The notes beneath the pieces were generated by a model. It was not told the origin of the DNA. It searched no databases and worked only from the letters and a program-made list of their open reading frames with translations. From an uncultured Chloroflexia bacterium (GTDB taxonomy: Bacteria; Chloroflexota; Chloroflexia; Thermomicrobiales; UBA6265), in the NCBI GenBank assembly GCA_963724295.1, contig CAVRUC010000003.1:96001-160000 (forward strand): a DNA stretch of 64,000 nucleotides, read 5' to 3'. Every line of letters begins with the position of its first letter. Position 1 is the first letter of the stretch. A program made the position numbers and the translations under genes. Positions 62,501 to 64,000 of this stretch are shown piece after piece.

Positions 62501-63718
62501 TCAGCGCCGTGGGCGCACGGTGCCGGCGAGCAGGGCCGTCACGAAGGAGAGGACCGGCACCAACGCCAATGCCACTCGTAATCCCGCGTGATCCGAGACA
62601 AACCCGATCAGGGGCGCCCCGACGAGCAGACCGGTATATCCCGCGGTGGCGACCGCACCGATGGCCGTCCCGGACGCCAGACCGGGCGTGCGACCTCCCG
62701 CGCCGAGGGCAATCGGAAAGGCGACCGCCAGTCCCGCCCCGACACAGGCGAATCCGATGACCGCGGCCGGGATGGTGCCGATCAGCAGCGCTCCGGTCAT
62801 CCCCAGACCCGCCACCAGGCCTCCCGCACGGACCAGCCGCTCAGCGCCGAAACTTACTGTCAGCGCATCCCCGGCAAAGCGCATCCCGGCCATGGCTAGC
62901 GCCGACGCGGCATAGCCCGTCGCCGCGACGGCTGAGCTCGAGCCGAGCACGTTCTCCAGGTAGACCGCGCTCCAGTCGGCCACGGCACCCTCACCGAACA
63001 GCACGCAGAAGCTGAGGACACCGAGCCCGAAGAGTGCCCGCGGCGGGACCGCGAACACCGGCAGACGATCGTCGGCGGACCGGACGTCGAGCAGTGGCCC
63101 GCTCGCGACCGCGACCAACACCAGAAGGATCAGCGCGACGGCAAGCAGGTGAGGAAAGGGCGCCACGCCAGCGCCCGCGATCAGCCCGGCGCTGGCCGCT
63201 CCAATCAGACCACCGACGCTGAAGACTCCGTGAAAGGTGGACATGATCGGCCGCTGGTAGCCTTCTTCGACGGCGACCGCCTGGACGTTCATCGACACGT
63301 CGAGAAGACCGAACCCAATACCGAAGACGAACAAGGCGAGCATCAACAGCGGCATCGAGGGAGCCAGCGGCAGCAGCGGCAGCGATGCGCAGAGGGCCAC
63401 CGCCGCCAGCTGGATGACCCTCGGGTTGCCCCACCGTTGCACCAGCCAACCCGTGCCGGGCATCGCCAGGATGGCGCCGACCGAGGTGCTCAACAGGGCA
63501 ATGCCGAGCTGGCCGTCGTCCAGGCCCAAGCCGTTCTGAACGGCCGGAATACGCGCCACCCAACTGCCAAGCACGGTGCCCAGGAGGAGAAAGAATCCGG
63601 TCGTTGCCCAGCGGGCTTGACGCAGATGATCGGAGGGATGCGCGCGGTCGCCAAGGGCGATCGCTTCGGTTCCAGAAATGCCCGTCAGCCCCCGCTCGAC
63701 AATGACGTCTCGCCGCAT
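62501..63718 (-). CDS. MFS transporter
   Basis: W.ARIP, DVSMN.QA, MSTFHG.FS.G, EGA.ADWS..YL; about 12 TM helices. Confidence 0.88.
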   Translation of the reverse strand: MRRDVIVERGLTGISGTEAIALGDRAHPSDHLRQARWATTGFFLLLGTVLGSWVARIPAVQNGLGLDDGQLGIALLSTSVGAILAMPGTGWLVQRWGNPRVIQLAAVALCASLPLLPLAPSMPLLMLALFVFGIGFGLLDVSMNVQAVAVEEGYQRPIMSTFHGVFSVGGLIGAASAGLIAGAGVAPFPHLLAVALILLVLVAVASGPLLDVRSADDRLPVFAVPPRALFGLGVLSFCVLFGEGAVADWSAVYLENVLGSSSAVAATGYAASALAMAGMRFAGDALTVSFGAERLVRAGGLVAGLGMTGALLIGTIPAAVIGFACVGAGLAVAFPIALGAGGRTPGLASGTAIGAVATAGYTGLLVGAPLIGFVSDHAGLRVALALVPVLSFVTALLAGTVRPRR

Positions 63719-63776
63719 TTGGCGGGTCAGACGGTAGCATAGGAGCGCCTGCCGCTTGGCGATCTCACGGAGACCG

Positions 63777-64000
63777 ATGACCGAGACCGAGCGTATCCGA
63801 CGCCTGTTCGACGACCGGGCAGCGACCTACGACCGCTCGATTGGTTTCGGCGAGCGGCTCTTGCTCGGCCGGTTCCGGCATGCGTTTGGAGCGTTACTCA
63901 GCGGCGAGACGATCGAGGTTGGCATCGGCAGCGGTCTCAATATCCCGTTCTACTCAGCGCTGGTCAGGCGAGCTGTCGGGGTTGATCTCTCGCATGAGAT
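63777..64000 (+). CDS. Class I SAM-dependent methyltransferase (3' end outside the window)
   Basis: SD GGAG; MTETERIRRLFDDRAATYD...IEVGIGSGLN...GVDLS. Confidence 0.8.
   Translation, partial: MTETERIRRLFDDRAATYDRSIGFGERLLLGRFRHAFGALLSGETIEVGIGSGLNIPFYSALVRRAVGVDLSHE

Overview
GC-rich bacterial chromosome segment. Lineage is inferred as Chloroflexota, probably Thermomicrobiales, from PETGH-repeat L,D-transpeptidase, 'FD..TRR' Tat leader and recurrent ATP[VA] linkers. It holds about 50 genes: stress proteins, a GH1 beta-glucosidase, a copper/metal-handling cluster (9.3-17.2 kb), a split peptide ABC transporter, a molybdopterin oxidoreductase, a pentose-phosphate operon (tkt-tal-X-gnd-zwf-opcA-pgl-rpiA), a tungsten-type AOR with MoaD and a ModE-like regulator, and secreted hydrolases. 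Many genes, including transketolase, carry small indels, most likely long-read errors. Main findings: (1) a DsbA-like gene in the copper operon has an in-frame TGA at the first Cys of its CxxC motif (UPGC) followed by a SECIS-like hairpin, i.e. a probable selenoprotein; (2) that operon is headed by a His-rich ORF ending in PPPR plus a branched RNA structure, resembling a CutF/CruR-type stalling leader; (3) an unannotated ~190-nt 6S-like ncRNA with a near-consensus sigma70 promoter; (4) one REP palindrome read in frame inside two unrelated enzymes; (5) an unnamed two-Cys domain shared by two secreted proteins. No rRNA, tRNA, CRISPR array or transposase was seen.
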